Source: an uncultured Ruthenibacterium sp. (GTDB taxonomy: Bacteria > Bacillota > Clostridia > Oscillospirales > Ruminococcaceae). From it: a stretch of DNA of 64,000 bases. Below the pieces are notes generated by a model, which saw nothing but the letters and a program-made list of their open reading frames with translations, had not been told where the DNA came from and searched no databases. Position numbers and translations under genes: made by a program. Within the stretch, counting starts at the first letter, position 1. Each line of letters opens with the position of its first letter. The stretch is from the NCBI GenBank assembly GCA_944386565.1, contig CALXBO010000006.1:113-64112 (forward strand). The letters are read 5' to 3'. Of the stretch, positions 19,350-29,725 are shown piece after piece.

Positions 19350-19354
19350 AAAAG

Positions 19355-19397
19355 ACCGGATGCGGAACTGCGATCGGAGTTCCGCATCCGGTTTTTT
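19355..19397. terminator. Bidirectional Rho-independent terminator between convergent genes
   Basis: ACCGGATGCGGAACT...AGTTCCGCATCCGGT, flanked by an A-run and a T-run. Confidence 0.85.
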
Positions 19398-19854
19398 ATG
19401 TTTCATTTTCCAGAAAATCCGCGAGAGCTTCGCACCCCTCGGTCACGTCGTCCCACGTGGCTTTGAAATCGCCGGTGTACCACGGGTCGGCAATCCCGCG
19501 CCCGGAGCCCGCGAACGAGAGCAGCGAGCGGATTTTTCCGTCGGGGTCGCCGCCGGTGATGCGGCGCATGTCGCGCAGGTTCGATTCCTCCATGCCGATC
19601 AGCCAGTCGAAGCGGTCGTAATCATCGCGCGTCATCTGGACGGCGCGCTTGCCGCTGCAGTCGATTCCGGCGGCGCTGAGCATCCGACGCGTTCCGGAGT
19701 GGACGGCGCAGCCGAGCGCCTCACGGCTGGTCGCCGCCGATTCAATGTGAAATTTGTCCGCGATGCCGCGGCGGCGGACGATGTCTTTCATTACGAACTC
19801 CGCCATCGGCGAGCGGCAGATGTTTCCAAGACAGACAAACAGAATTCTCGTCAT
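19396..19854 (-). CDS. Low-molecular-weight protein tyrosine phosphatase
   Basis: The CLGNICRSP (CX5R-S) active-site loop lies near the N-terminus, and a DP motif is present. ATG 19854 is preferred; GTG 19863 is possible. Confidence 0.85.
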   Translation of the reverse strand: MTRILFVCLGNICRSPMAEFVMKDIVRRRGIADKFHIESAATSREALGCAVHSGTRRMLSAAGIDCSGKRAVQMTRDDYDRFDWLIGMEESNLRDMRRITGGDPDGKIRSLLSFAGSGRGIADPWYTGDFKATWDDVTEGCEALADFLENET

Positions 19855-19859
19855 ACGCC

Positions 19860-20402
19860 TCACACTCCCGCCAGCGCGTGGAGCATCTGGCCGAAGATCT
19901 CCTCACCCTTGTCGATGAAACGGCTGCGGATCATCTCTGCGCTCTCGAGATTGGGGACGTAGAGCGAGCAGGAGAAGATTTCACCGCCCGCATCCTCGAT
20001 GTAGCATCGCACCATGTACCCCTCGCCGGACGGTGTGATCTGAGCCTTGTGCTGTGCGGCTTTGCGCGCAAACTGCTGTGCGGTAACAGCAGCGCGGATG
20101 GCGGTTTCACGCACGGAATAGGGGACCTGCTTTGACAGCGAACGCGCGACTTCTTCGCCCGGGGGCAGAATGTGATACCGGCCGTTGTCGAGCTTGGCAA
20201 GACCTCGGTCGCACAGCTGTGAAAGTGCGGAGGCAAGTTCGAAATAATTCACAAGTTCCTCGCCGAGCAGCGCGCGCTCGATCTCCTCCTGAGACAGAGG
20301 CTCCGGTACATTCTGGATCAGATAGCACAGCAGGATGCGGATCTCGGCCGAATTGTTCAGACCGCCCGGTTTCACGCCGGCGGTAAAGGCGTTGTTTGCC
20401 AT
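19860..20402 (-). CDS. DUF4364-family protein
   Basis: N-terminal MANNAFTAGVKPGGLNNSAEIRILLCYLI is typical of the clostridial DUF4364 family. Start set at ATG 20402. Confidence 0.7.
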   Translation of the reverse strand: MANNAFTAGVKPGGLNNSAEIRILLCYLIQNVPEPLSQEEIERALLGEELVNYFELASALSQLCDRGLAKLDNGRYHILPPGEEVARSLSKQVPYSVRETAIRAAVTAQQFARKAAQHKAQITPSGEGYMVRCYIEDAGGEIFSCSLYVPNLESAEMIRSRFIDKGEEIFGQMLHALAGV

Positions 20403-20446
20403 GGAAAGCTCCCTCTTTTTCACTCTGCCGCGGCAGAGTCTTTTTT

Positions 20447-21376
20447 CTATTCTACCGCAAAACAGCTGCCGCCGTCAAATACCGTTTCAATGTTCCGCAC
20501 ACTTTCCTCGGGAGAGTAGCGCCAGCGGCTGAGGTGGCCCTGCGTGAGGGAAAACCGCAGGGGAAACCGGAAGTCCCCGTCGTCCGAGACGCTGAGCACG
20601 GCCAGCTTGATCTTCATTTTCTCCGGCAGGATGCTCTTGATGAAAACACTCACGAGCATGCCGGGAAGCAGTTCATCTGAGGCTTCGGCGAGGCCCGACA
20701 GATTGGGTGCAAGTTCGATGAATACGCCGTACGGTTCGCTCGAGCGAACGATGCCCACCACCGTTTCTCCTGCGGCGAAGCGCGCGGCGTTCTCGCTCCA
20801 CGAGCCGAGAAGCTCCTTCATCGTCAGCACCAGCCGCCCCTGTGCGTCGCGCCCTTTGACGGCGCAGTACACGTCGTCTCCGGCGCGGACGCGGTCGTGC
20901 GCGGAAGAGATGCGGGAGACGGACAGGCAGTCCACCGGGATCAGCGCGGAGATCCCGCAGCCGACGTCGCAGAATGCGCCGAACGGCTCCGCACGCGTGA
21001 TACGGCACGGGAGAATGTCGCCGGGAACAAGGCGGTCGAGATATTCTTCGCGGCACCGTCTCTGCACGGCGGCGCGCGACAGGTAAAACAGCGGGCTTCC
21101 GTGCTCGATTTCCACATGTGTGATGACAAAGCAGACGGGCCGCCCGACGCGTGTGACGAGCGCGATGTCGCGGACTTTTCCGTCCGCGACGCCGTCGGCA
21201 CATTCCTCGTGCGGCATGACGGCCGGAAAGCTGCCCAGACGGAAGTGCAGGCGGCGCTGCGCGTCAAAAGAAAGTGCGCGGGATTCCAGCACGGTCCCGT
21301 TCCGCATCGCGTCCAGAAGGCCGGAATAACTCATATCACAGAACGGGGAACGCACCCCTTCGGGAGAAAAGCACAT
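20447..21376 (-). CDS. S1 RNA-binding domain protein
   Basis: 309 aa with two S1-like OB segments (GDILPCRITRAEPFGAFCDVGCGISALIP; GETVVGIVRSSEPYGVFIELAPNLSGLAE). Confidence 0.7.
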   Translation of the reverse strand: MCFSPEGVRSPFCDMSYSGLLDAMRNGTVLESRALSFDAQRRLHFRLGSFPAVMPHEECADGVADGKVRDIALVTRVGRPVCFVITHVEIEHGSPLFYLSRAAVQRRCREEYLDRLVPGDILPCRITRAEPFGAFCDVGCGISALIPVDCLSVSRISSAHDRVRAGDDVYCAVKGRDAQGRLVLTMKELLGSWSENAARFAAGETVVGIVRSSEPYGVFIELAPNLSGLAEASDELLPGMLVSVFIKSILPEKMKIKLAVLSVSDDGDFRFPLRFSLTQGHLSRWRYSPEESVRNIETVFDGGSCFAVE

Positions 21377-21505
21377 GGTTCATCATCCTCACTTTTCGGT
21401 TTGTACACTATATGTGCGGCAGGGTGCGAATATTTGCTATTTTATTTTCTTTGCGCTATACTATAATGGAATTTGTCAGGGTGAACTGGAAGGAGGCGCA
21501 GGGAT

Positions 21506-21697
21506 ATGGACGTCCGTGTGGGCGATGTGATCCAGACAAAAAAGCCGCATCCGTGCGGCGCGAGCTCGTTCCATGTGCTGCGCGTGGGAGCGGATTTCCG
21601 CATCCGCTGCACCAAGTGCGGCCGTGAAGTGATGCTGGCCCGCAGCAAGATCGAAAAGAACATCAAGAAGATCGTCCGTGACGGAGAAACTCTCTAG
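21506..21697 (+). CDS. DUF951-family small protein
   Basis: 63 aa containing [38 protein letters not shown], which matches the DUF951 pattern. An AGGAGG RBS is present. Confidence 0.75.
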   Translation: MDVRVGDVIQTKKPHPCGASSFHVLRVGADFRIRCTKCGREVMLARSKIEKNIKKIVRDGETL

Positions 21698-21741
21698 CTG
21701 CGCTGAATGCGAAAGAGATTCACAGCGACAGGAGAGACAAC

Positions 21742-22818
21742 ATGACGGAAACATTGCAGGCGGTGCGCAGCCGCTTTGACGAGATCGGGCTTCGCCTTCA
21801 GGACCCGGCGGTGGTGTCGGACAACGTGCAGTACCGCAGCCTGATGAAGGAGTACCGGGAACTTGAGCCCATCGCCGGATGCATCGACCGGTGCGAAGCC
21901 GCGCGGGATGCGATGCAGCAGGCGAGGGAACTTTTGGATGAAGGCGGGCTCGACCCGGAGCTGCGCGACATGGCGCAGGAGGAATATTCGGAGCAGAAAC
22001 AGCTCCTTGAAACATTGGAAGAAGAGCTGAAAACGCTTCTTCTGCCCAAGGATGAAAACGACGACCGCAGCGTGATCGTGGAGATCCGCGGCGGTGCGGG
22101 CGGCGACGAGGCGGCGCTGTTTGCCGCGAGTCTGCTGCGCATGTACACGATGTACGCGCAGCAGCACGGCTTTGCGGTGGAAGTGCTGAACGCGAACGAG
22201 ACGGAAATCGGCGGCATGAAGGAAGTGAGCTTCTCCGTGGAGGGAGCGGGCGCATACAGCCGCTTCAAATTCGAGAGCGGCGTGCACCGCGTGCAGCGCG
22301 TCCCCGAGACGGAAACGCAGGGGCGCATCCACACGTCCACGGTGACGGTGGCGGTCATGCCCGAGGCCGAGGAGGTCGAAGTGGACATTGCGCCGTCCGA
22401 TCTGCGCATCGACACGTTCCGCTCCTCGGGCGCGGGCGGCCAGCACATCAACAAGACGTCGTCCGCTATCCGCGTGACGCACATCCCCACGGGAATGGTG
22501 GTGGAATGTCAGGACGAGCGCAGCCAGTACAAGAATAAAGACAAGGCGCTCCGCGTGCTGCGCAGCCGCCTTCTTGCGCAGAAACAGGCGCAGCAGGATG
22601 CGCAGATCGCAGCCGAGCGCAAAAGTCAGGTGGGAACGGGAGACCGCTCCGAGCGCATCCGCACGTACAATTTCCCGCAGGGACGCGTGACGGATCACCG
22701 CATCGGCCTGACGCTGTATAAACTGGATGCGATCCTGAACGGTTCGCTCGACGAGCTCATCGAAGCGCTCATCACAGCTGACCGTGCGGAGAAGTTGAAA
22801 GCATCCACGGAGGAATGA
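21742..22818 (+). CDS. prfA: Peptide chain release factor 1
   Basis: 358 aa with the PET tripeptide (VPETE) and the [13 protein letters not shown] motif. Confidence 0.95.
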   Translation: MTETLQAVRSRFDEIGLRLQDPAVVSDNVQYRSLMKEYRELEPIAGCIDRCEAARDAMQQARELLDEGGLDPELRDMAQEEYSEQKQLLETLEEELKTLLLPKDENDDRSVIVEIRGGAGGDEAALFAASLLRMYTMYAQQHGFAVEVLNANETEIGGMKEVSFSVEGAGAYSRFKFESGVHRVQRVPETETQGRIHTSTVTVAVMPEAEEVEVDIAPSDLRIDTFRSSGAGGQHINKTSSAIRVTHIPTGMVVECQDERSQYKNKDKALRVLRSRLLAQKQAQQDAQIAAERKSQVGTGDRSERIRTYNFPQGRVTDHRIGLTLYKLDAILNGSLDELIEALITADRAEKLKASTEE

Positions 22819-23846
22819 CCATGCAGACACAACTCAAAGCCGTGACGCCCGACAGCATCGCGCAGGCGGCGGCTCTTCTGAAAGAAGGGGAGGTCGTCGC
22901 CATCCCGACGGAGACGGTGTACGGCCTCGCCGCGAACGCTCTCTCGGACGAGGCGGTCAAAAAGATTTTCGCCGCCAAGGGGCGGCCGCAGGACAATCCC
23001 CTCATTTCGCACATTTCGGATCTGTCCATGCTTCCGCTCATCGCGGGCGAAGTGCCCGAGGCGGCGCTGCGCCTCGCTGAGGCGTTCTGGCCGGGGCCGC
23101 TCACGATCATCCTGCCCCGTGGCGGACAGGTGGCGGATTCCGTCTGTGCCGGGCTTGACACCGCTTCGGTGCGCATGCCCTCGCACCCGGATGCGCGCGC
23201 CGTGATCGCGGCGTGCGGGTTCCCGCTGGCCGCGCCCAGTGCGAACCTCTCGGGCAAACCCAGCCCGACCACGGCGCAGGACGTGATGGCCGACATGGAC
23301 GGGCGCATCCCGCTCATTCTGGACGGCGGTGCGTGCGAGGTGGGCGTGGAGTCCACCGTCGTGTCGCTGGCGGGCGATCATCCCGTTCTGCTGCGGCCCG
23401 GCCGCGTGACCAAGGAAGATCTGGAGCGGGTGCTCGGCGTTCCGGTGGAACTTTCGGGCGCGATCGTCAGCCGCCTGAAGGAGGGCGAAGTGGCGCGCTC
23501 CCCGGGCATGAAGTACAAGCATTACGCGCCCAAGGCGGAAGTCGTCATCGTGAAGGGAACGTTTGATGCCTATAAGGCCTACGTGCGCGCCCATGCGCAG
23601 GAGGGCGATTTCTGCCTGTGCTACGAGGGCGAGCAGACGCAGCTCGCGCCCGTGCCGTGCGTCGCGTACGGTGCGGAGGGCGACGGCGTGTCGCAGGCGC
23701 ACGCGCTGTTTTCCGCCCTGCGTGAGCTCGACGCGGAGGGCGCGCGCCGGGCGTTCGCGCGCTGGGAAAATGATGCGTGCGGCGTGGAACTTGCCGTCTA
23801 CAACCGCCTGCTCCGTGCCGCGGCGTTCCGGGTGGAAGAAGCATGA
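22815..23846 (+). CDS. tsaC: L-threonylcarbamoyladenylate synthase (Sua5/YwlC type, with Sua5 C-terminal domain)
   Basis: 343 aa with the [13 protein letters not shown] and [11 protein letters not shown] motifs. Confidence 0.9.
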   Translation: MTMQTQLKAVTPDSIAQAAALLKEGEVVAIPTETVYGLAANALSDEAVKKIFAAKGRPQDNPLISHISDLSMLPLIAGEVPEAALRLAEAFWPGPLTIILPRGGQVADSVCAGLDTASVRMPSHPDARAVIAACGFPLAAPSANLSGKPSPTTAQDVMADMDGRIPLILDGGACEVGVESTVVSLAGDHPVLLRPGRVTKEDLERVLGVPVELSGAIVSRLKEGEVARSPGMKYKHYAPKAEVVIVKGTFDAYKAYVRAHAQEGDFCLCYEGEQTQLAPVPCVAYGAEGDGVSQAHALFSALRELDAEGARRAFARWENDACGVELAVYNRLLRAAAFRVEEA

Positions 23847-24442
23847 AAGTCGTGGCGCTGACGGGCCGTTCCGGGTGTGGAAAGAGCACCGTGGCGGCCC
23901 TGTGGAGACAGGAGGGATACCCTGTGATCGACTGCGATGAGATCGCGCGCCTGGTCGTGGAGCCGGGGAGTTCCGTGCTCTCCGAACTCGCGGAGGCATT
24001 CGGCTCCGATGTGCTCGACGAAACGGGGGTTCTGCGCCGGGACGTGCTGGCACAGCGCGCCTTTTCCTCGCCGGAGCGCGCGGAAGTCCTCACGGGGATC
24101 ACGCACCCGGCCATCATCCGGGAGATCTGCCGCCGTCTGGATGACGCGCGGCAAAGCGGCGCGCGCATCGCCGTTGTGGACGGCGCGGTGATCATCGGCG
24201 CGCCGTTTGAACGCTTCTGCGACGAGTTCGTCGTCGTGACCGCACCGGCCGGGGTGTCCGCTGCGCGCATTGCCGCGCGCGACGGGATCTCCGAAGAGAG
24301 GGCGATGGAACGCCTCGGCTCGCAGATTCCGGAGAAGGTTCTGCGTGAGCGCGCCGACTATCTGATCGAAAACACCGGGACAAAGGCACAGCTGTGCGAG
24401 AGAGCACGGCAGGTGCTGGAGTCCCTTACGGGAGAAGTATGA
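23843..24442 (+). CDS. coaE: Dephospho-CoA kinase
   Basis: [17 protein letters not shown]-loop. ATG 23843 overlaps the tsaC stop. Confidence 0.9.
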   Translation: MKVVALTGRSGCGKSTVAALWRQEGYPVIDCDEIARLVVEPGSSVLSELAEAFGSDVLDETGVLRRDVLAQRAFSSPERAEVLTGITHPAIIREICRRLDDARQSGARIAVVDGAVIIGAPFERFCDEFVVVTAPAGVSAARIAARDGISEERAMERLGSQIPEKVLRERADYLIENTGTKAQLCERARQVLESLTGEV

Positions 24443-25011
24443 AAAAAACGATCAAGCGTTTGGCGGTCTTTCTGCTGGCCGTGCTGTGTGCTGTGCTGAT
24501 TCTGGCGCAGGCGGGCGCATTCCGCGCGCTGCTGCGCACTTCGTATCCGATGCGGTATGAGGAATCGGTCGGCAAATGGGCGGCGCAGTACGAGGTCGAC
24601 GAACTCCTTGTCTACACCATCATCCGCACCGAGAGCGGGTTCGATCCCGAGGCGGAATCGTCCGTCGGAGCGCGCGGCCTGATGCAGATCACGGAGGAGA
24701 CGTTCGACTGGATCAAGAGCAAGATCGCGCCCGATGAGGACCTCACATTTGACGCTTTGTACGACGCCGACACGAACATCCGCTTCGGCACGTATCTGAT
24801 CAGTGTGTGTCTCGCACGGTATGAAAACGACGTGTCCACAGCCGTTGCCGCGTATCACAGCGGCATGGGACTTGTGGATTCGCTTGTCGCGGACTCCGAG
24901 TACTCGGACGACGGCGTTACGCTGCACACGTTCCCCTATGCGCAGATGCGCAATTATGTTTACAAGATCAACCGCAGTTATGCGGTTTATCATCGCCTCT
25001 ATGAAGAATGA
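24439..25011 (+). CDS. Lytic transglycosylase (SLT domain), membrane anchored
   Basis: N-terminal TM segment, then the catalytic ES motif and GLMQI (TESGFDPEAESSVGARGLMQI) and AYHSG. Confidence 0.85.
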   Translation: MKKTIKRLAVFLLAVLCAVLILAQAGAFRALLRTSYPMRYEESVGKWAAQYEVDELLVYTIIRTESGFDPEAESSVGARGLMQITEETFDWIKSKIAPDEDLTFDALYDADTNIRFGTYLISVCLARYENDVSTAVAAYHSGMGLVDSLVADSEYSDDGVTLHTFPYAQMRNYVYKINRSYAVYHRLYEE

Positions 25012-25034
25012 GGCGGCAAAGGAGAGATAAGATT

Positions 25035-26417
25035 ATGAAACAGGAAAACAAAACCGAAACGTATCTTTACGAGCCGCAGCACATTGCGGACGCCCGTCCG
25101 GACGATGTGCAGAGCGCGCAGTCGTTCTGTGAGGACTACAAGGCGTTCCTGAACGCGGCCAAGACGGAGCGCGAGGCTGTGGCGGAGACGCTGCGCCTGC
25201 TGGGTGCGGCCGGCTACACGCCGTTTGAGTACGGCAAAACCTTTGAGCCGGGTTCCAAGGTGTATGTGGACAACCGCGGCAAGTGCGTCATTGCATGCAC
25301 GATCGGCCGCCGTCCTCTTTCGGACGGTGTGCGCCTTGCCATCGCGCACATCGACTCGCCGCGTCTGGATATGAAGCCGAATCCTCTGTATGAGAGCAGC
25401 GGCCTCGCACTGTTCAAGACGCACTACTACGGCGGCATCCGCAAGTATCAGTGGGGTGCGACGCCGCTCGCGCTGCACGGCGTCGTCTACCGCGCGGACG
25501 GAACGCGCGCCGACGTGCGCATCGGCGAGGACGAGGGCGATCCCGTGTTCTGCGTCACCGATCTTCTGCCGCACCTCGCGGCCGACCAGTCCAAGCGCAC
25601 GCTGGCTGACGGCCTGCGCGGCGAGGAACTCAACATCGTGCTGGCATCTCTGCCCGACGGGGAAGAGGACGACAAGGACCGCTTCAAGCGCGCCGTCATG
25701 CGCATCCTGCATGAGAAATACGGCTTCACCGAGCGCGACTTCACGCGCGCCGAGCTGTGCGCCGTGCCCGCGGGCAAGGCAGTCGACGTCGGCTTTGACC
25801 GCAGCATGATCGGCGCCTACGGCCACGACGACCGCGTCTGCGCCTATACTGCGCTGCGCGCCGAAATGGACACGGCTTCTCCCGAATACACCACAGTCTG
25901 CGTGCTGACGGATAAGGAAGAAGTCGGCTCCGACGGCGTGACCGGTCTGAACAGCGACTACCTGTTCCACTTCCTGCAGGACCTTGCGGATATGCAGGGC
26001 GTTGTGTACCGCCACATGCTGCGCCGTTCGATGTGCCTGTCGGCGGACGTCAACGCGGCGTTCGATCCGACGTTCCCGGACGTGCTCGAGAAGAACAATG
26101 CCGCCTATCTCAACCGCGGCGTGTGCGTCACGAAATACACGGGAGCGCGCGGCAAGTCTTCCACGAACGACGCGAGCGCCGAGGTGATGGCGTTCGTCAC
26201 GAACCTTCTCGATGCGGAGGGCGTCTGCTGGCAGACGGGCGAGCTCGGAAAGGTCGATCAGGGCGGCGGCGGCACGATCGCCAAATACGTCGCCAACCGC
26301 AACGTCGACACGGTTGACATCGGCGTTCCGATGCTGTCGATGCATGCGCCGTTCGAACTCGTGGCAAAGCTGGACGTGTACCACACGTATCTTGCTTTCA
26401 GCGCGTTTGCGAAATAA
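25035..26417 (+). CDS. M18-family aminopeptidase
   Basis: About 460 aa with HIDSPRLD, GAYGHDDRVC, EEVGS and SMHAP motifs typical of aspartyl/M18 aminopeptidases. Confidence 0.85.
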   Translation: MKQENKTETYLYEPQHIADARPDDVQSAQSFCEDYKAFLNAAKTEREAVAETLRLLGAAGYTPFEYGKTFEPGSKVYVDNRGKCVIACTIGRRPLSDGVRLAIAHIDSPRLDMKPNPLYESSGLALFKTHYYGGIRKYQWGATPLALHGVVYRADGTRADVRIGEDEGDPVFCVTDLLPHLAADQSKRTLADGLRGEELNIVLASLPDGEEDDKDRFKRAVMRILHEKYGFTERDFTRAELCAVPAGKAVDVGFDRSMIGAYGHDDRVCAYTALRAEMDTASPEYTTVCVLTDKEEVGSDGVTGLNSDYLFHFLQDLADMQGVVYRHMLRRSMCLSADVNAAFDPTFPDVLEKNNAAYLNRGVCVTKYTGARGKSSTNDASAEVMAFVTNLLDAEGVCWQTGELGKVDQGGGGTIAKYVANRNVDTVDIGVPMLSMHAPFELVAKLDVYHTYLAFSAFAK

Positions 26418-26561
26418 GCGGATTTGAAGCAAAACACCGCCGCAAATCGTAAAGAATATGAAAACCGGATACACAAACGCCGGGAAACGGTATATAATAT
26501 ACGCAAGAGCGGGCGTGCGGAATTCCCGCATGCGGCGGCTTGGTGGAAAGGAAGATCAAGG

Positions 26562-27578
26562 ATGAAATTACTGTCCATTGCGGTTCCGTGCTACAATTCG
26601 CAGGATTACATGAATCACTGCATTGACACGCTGCTGACCGGCGGAGACGATGTGGAGATTCTGATCGTGGATGACGGCTCGAAGGACGACACGGCGAAGA
26701 TCGCCGATGAATATGAGAAGAAGTATCCCGGCATTGTGCGCGCGATCCATCAGGAAAACGGTGGCCACGGGGCGGCTGTGATGACGGGCGTTCACAACGC
26801 GCAGGGCGTTTACTTCAAAGTGGTGGACAGCGACGACTGGGTGGACACCGATGCGTTCGCACAGATTCTGGCGACACTCCGGGAACTGGTGGAGACGGAC
26901 CGCGCGGTGGACCTCTTCGTCAGCAACTACATCTACGATAAGGTGGGTGCGAAGCACAAGCGCGTGATGCGTTATGCAAATGCCATCCCCGAGAAGAAAG
27001 TCATCACGTGGGACGATGTCGGCGTGTTTCACAAGGGACAGTATATCCTCATGCACTCCGTCATTTACCGCACGCAGGTCCTGCGCGACTGCGGGCTCGA
27101 TCTTCCGCGCCACACGTTCTATGTCGACAACCTGTTTGTCTACGTTCCGCTGCCCTATGTCAAAACGCTGTACTATCTTGACGTGGTGTTTTACCACTAC
27201 TTCATCGGCCGCGGCGACCAGTCGGTGCAGGAGGACGTGATGATCCGCCGCATCGACCAGCAGATCAAGGTCAACAAACTGATGGCGCAGCAGGTGGATC
27301 TCAAGAAGGTGGAGAACAAGCGCCTGAGGGGCTATATGTTCAATTATCTCGAGATCATCACGGTGATCTCTTCGATCCTGTGCCTGCGCTCGGGCATTGA
27401 GGAAAACTTCCGGAAAAAGCAGGAGCTGTGGGAGTTCCTCGAGCAGAACGATGCGCAGATTTACCGCAAGCTGCGCCGCGGGATCATGGGACGTGTGATG
27501 AATCTTCCCGGCAAGCTCGGCCGCGGGATCGCGGTCACGGCGTACAAGATCACGCAGCGGACGGTCGGCTTCAACTGA
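26562..27578 (+). CDS. Family-2 glycosyltransferase
   Basis: N-terminal LSIAVPCYNSQDYM...VDDGSKDDT and a DSDD (DXD) motif. Start set at ATG 26562. Confidence 0.85.
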   Translation: MKLLSIAVPCYNSQDYMNHCIDTLLTGGDDVEILIVDDGSKDDTAKIADEYEKKYPGIVRAIHQENGGHGAAVMTGVHNAQGVYFKVVDSDDWVDTDAFAQILATLRELVETDRAVDLFVSNYIYDKVGAKHKRVMRYANAIPEKKVITWDDVGVFHKGQYILMHSVIYRTQVLRDCGLDLPRHTFYVDNLFVYVPLPYVKTLYYLDVVFYHYFIGRGDQSVQEDVMIRRIDQQIKVNKLMAQQVDLKKVENKRLRGYMFNYLEIITVISSILCLRSGIEENFRKKQELWEFLEQNDAQIYRKLRRGIMGRVMNLPGKLGRGIAVTAYKITQRTVGFN

Positions 27579-27592
27579 GTCCGTATGCACAG

Positions 27593-27631
27593 AAAAAGGG
27601 CGGCGGAACCGAAGTTCCGCCGCCCCTTTTT
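27593..27631. terminator. Bidirectional Rho-independent terminator
   Basis: AAAAA-GGGCGGCGGAAC-cgaa-GTTCCGCCGCCC-CTTTTT, between the convergent GT2 and trxA genes. Confidence 0.9.
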
Positions 27632-27645
27632 GGCACACATCCGAA

Positions 27646-27942
27646 TCAGAACAGGGACGCGAGCTTTTCTTTCGTCTGAACGCCCACGAAACGCTGCACT
27701 TCCTCGCCGTTCTTGAAGAGGATCAGCGTCGGGATGCTCATCACGTTGTACCGGCGCGCGATGTCGGGGTTCTCATCCACGTCGAGCTTGCCGACATTGT
27801 AGCCTTCGGCGGCCAGAGCGTCAATGATGGGGCCCTGCATGCGGCACGGACCGCACCACGTTGCCCAGAAATCCACCAGAACGGGAGTCTCGGAAGAGAG
27901 CACCTCCGCGTTGAAATTCGAACTTGTAAACTGCTTTGCCAT
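27646..27942 (-). CDS. trxA: Thioredoxin
   Basis: About 98 aa with the WCGPC active site. ATG 27942 is preferred because the upstream in-frame ATG abuts the RBS. Confidence 0.9.
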   Translation of the reverse strand: MAKQFTSSNFNAEVLSSETPVLVDFWATWCGPCRMQGPIIDALAAEGYNVGKLDVDENPDIARRYNVMSIPTLILFKNGEEVQRFVGVQTKEKLASLF

Positions 27943-28127
27943 AAACAGGTTCATCTCCTTTGTACTTTCTATCATACCACGCCGGCGGCGTTTTGTCACC
28001 GGTTTTTGTTTACAGGTTCAGTATATCCCGAACGCACGCATTTATCTGTGACTCTGTCACGGAAGATGTTCCCGGCCGCATGATATGCTGTGTCTGATCT
28101 ATTTAGGTAAGGAAAGGTTTTCGATTC

Positions 28128-28793
28128 ATGGAATATCTGATCACATTTCTCGAAGGTCTTGTCACGTTCATCTCACCGTGCCTTCTGCCGATGCTGCCGA
28201 TCTACCTGTCGTATCTCGCGGGAGGTTCGATCCGGGAGAACAAAGCTTCGGCGCTGCGCAACGCGGTGGGGTTCGTGCTGGGATTTTCCATCACGTTCAT
28301 CGCTCTCGGCGCGCTGGCCGGGACGCTCGGCGCGGCGCTCCGCCAGCACCAGACGGCCGTCAATATCGTCAGCGGCCTCATCGTCATCCTGTTCGGCCTG
28401 AGTTTCCTCGGCGTGCTGCCGTTTGAACTGTTCCGGGGAATCCGTTCGAAAGGCGTGCAAAAGACGGGCTTCTTCCCGTCCGTCGTGTTCGGCATGGTGT
28501 TCTCCGTCGGCTGGACGCCGTGCGTCGGCGCGTTCCTCGGCTCGGCGCTGATGCTCGCATCCCAGCAGGGCTCGACCGTCAAGGGCGTGCTGCTGCTCAT
28601 CAGTTATTCGCTGGGTCTCGGCGTTCCGTTCCTGTTCAGCGCCGCGCTGCTCGACCAGCTTCAGGGCGCATTCAACTGGATCAAGCGCCACTACCGCGTC
28701 ATCAATGCGGTGTGCGGCGGGCTGCTGATCCTCGTCGGTATCGCCATGATGACGGGAATGCTGAGCGCGCTTCTGGGCGCGCTTGCCGCATGA
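28128..28793 (+). CDS. ccdA: CcdA/DsbD-family thiol-disulfide electron transporter
   Basis: 221 aa, polytopic, with conserved Cys in TM1 (FISPCLLPMLP) and TM4 (SVGWTPCVG). Confidence 0.85.
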   Translation: MEYLITFLEGLVTFISPCLLPMLPIYLSYLAGGSIRENKASALRNAVGFVLGFSITFIALGALAGTLGAALRQHQTAVNIVSGLIVILFGLSFLGVLPFELFRGIRSKGVQKTGFFPSVVFGMVFSVGWTPCVGAFLGSALMLASQQGSTVKGVLLLISYSLGLGVPFLFSAALLDQLQGAFNWIKRHYRVINAVCGGLLILVGIAMMTGMLSALLGALAA

Positions 28794-28812
28794 TGAAAAG
28801 GGGTGACTTGAA

Positions 28813-29490
28813 ATGAGTGCAAAAAAGAAAACCGTATTTCTGGTGCTTGCGTTCGCGCTGGTGCTGATCGTGGCCACAGCGGCTTACCGTGCGCTCGGAG
28901 CGGGCGGCGGAGGGCTTGCCGTGCTCGGAGAAGAACAAAAGGATGTGCCGTCGTCCGCGGCTTCCGAATCGTCCTCGGTTTCCGGGTCTTCTGCGAATTC
29001 CGAGCCGTCTGCGGATTCCGAATCTGCGGCATCCTCGTCCGAAGCGGAGAGCGGCGGGGAGCCGATCCCCGCGCCGGATTTCACCGTATACAATGCAGAG
29101 GGCGAAGCGGTGACGCTGTCGTCTCTGCTCGACCGGCCGGCCGTCATCAACTTCTGGGCCAGCACGTGCCCGCCGTGCAAGCAGGAGATGCCCGATTTCC
29201 AGTCCGCGTATGAGACGTACGGCGAGGAGATCGCGTTCATCATGGTGGACGGCGTCGGCAGCATGCTGAACGAGACGCAGGAGGCGGGCGCGGCCTATGT
29301 GGCCGAACAGGGTTTCACGTTCCCGGTGTATTTCGACAATGACCGCGACGCCGTGAGCACCTACGGAATCACGGGATTTCCCACGACCTTTTTCGTCGGC
29401 GGCGACGGCAATCTTGTCGCGGCCGCACAGGGCATGATCTCCGCCGAGACGCTGGAACAGGGAATTTTGATGATTCTGCCCGAGACGTAA
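28813..29490 (+). CDS. TlpA/ResA/StoA-like membrane-anchored thiol-disulfide oxidoreductase
   Basis: Signal-anchor, then a Ser-rich linker, then a thioredoxin fold with WASTCPPCKQEMP. Confidence 0.85.
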   Translation: MSAKKKTVFLVLAFALVLIVATAAYRALGAGGGGLAVLGEEQKDVPSSAASESSSVSGSSANSEPSADSESAASSSEAESGGEPIPAPDFTVYNAEGEAVTLSSLLDRPAVINFWASTCPPCKQEMPDFQSAYETYGEEIAFIMVDGVGSMLNETQEAGAAYVAEQGFTFPVYFDNDRDAVSTYGITGFPTTFFVGGDGNLVAAAQGMISAETLEQGILMILPET

Positions 29491-29648
29491 TTTTCCGGAT
29501 TTGTCCATGGGTAAAGTGCATAAAAATGCGTTTGTCCGCTTATGAATAGAAGCGAAAACCCGCCGCCGGAATTGACTTTGCACAAAGGGTGTGCTATTTT
29601 CATATCAGAGTTGACAGGACCGACGATTTGGGTGTGTAACCGGACTTC

Positions 29649-29710
29649 AGGCACTGACCGAAACAGCTATTGCATGCGCAGATGCGGCAGCTGTCGGGCA
29701 GTGCCTTTTT
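29649..29710 (+). terminator. Terminator-like long imperfect hairpin plus T5 in the ptsI leader (candidate attenuator)
   Basis: AGGCACTG..CAGCT...AGCTG..CAGTGCCT followed by TTTTT. It ends 3 nt before the GGAGGA RBS of ptsI and lies about 160 nt downstream of the previous stop codon. Confidence 0.5.
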
Positions 29711-29725
29711 GATTGGAGGAAACCG

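Noticed and set aside
28048-28060. GTGAC-tct-GTCAC palindrome in the divergent trxA/ccdA promoter region (another GTCAC lies near 27995).
   Set aside because: It is a short 5-bp-arm palindrome with no match to a regulator consensus I can name (it is not a Rex or Spx site). It may be chance.
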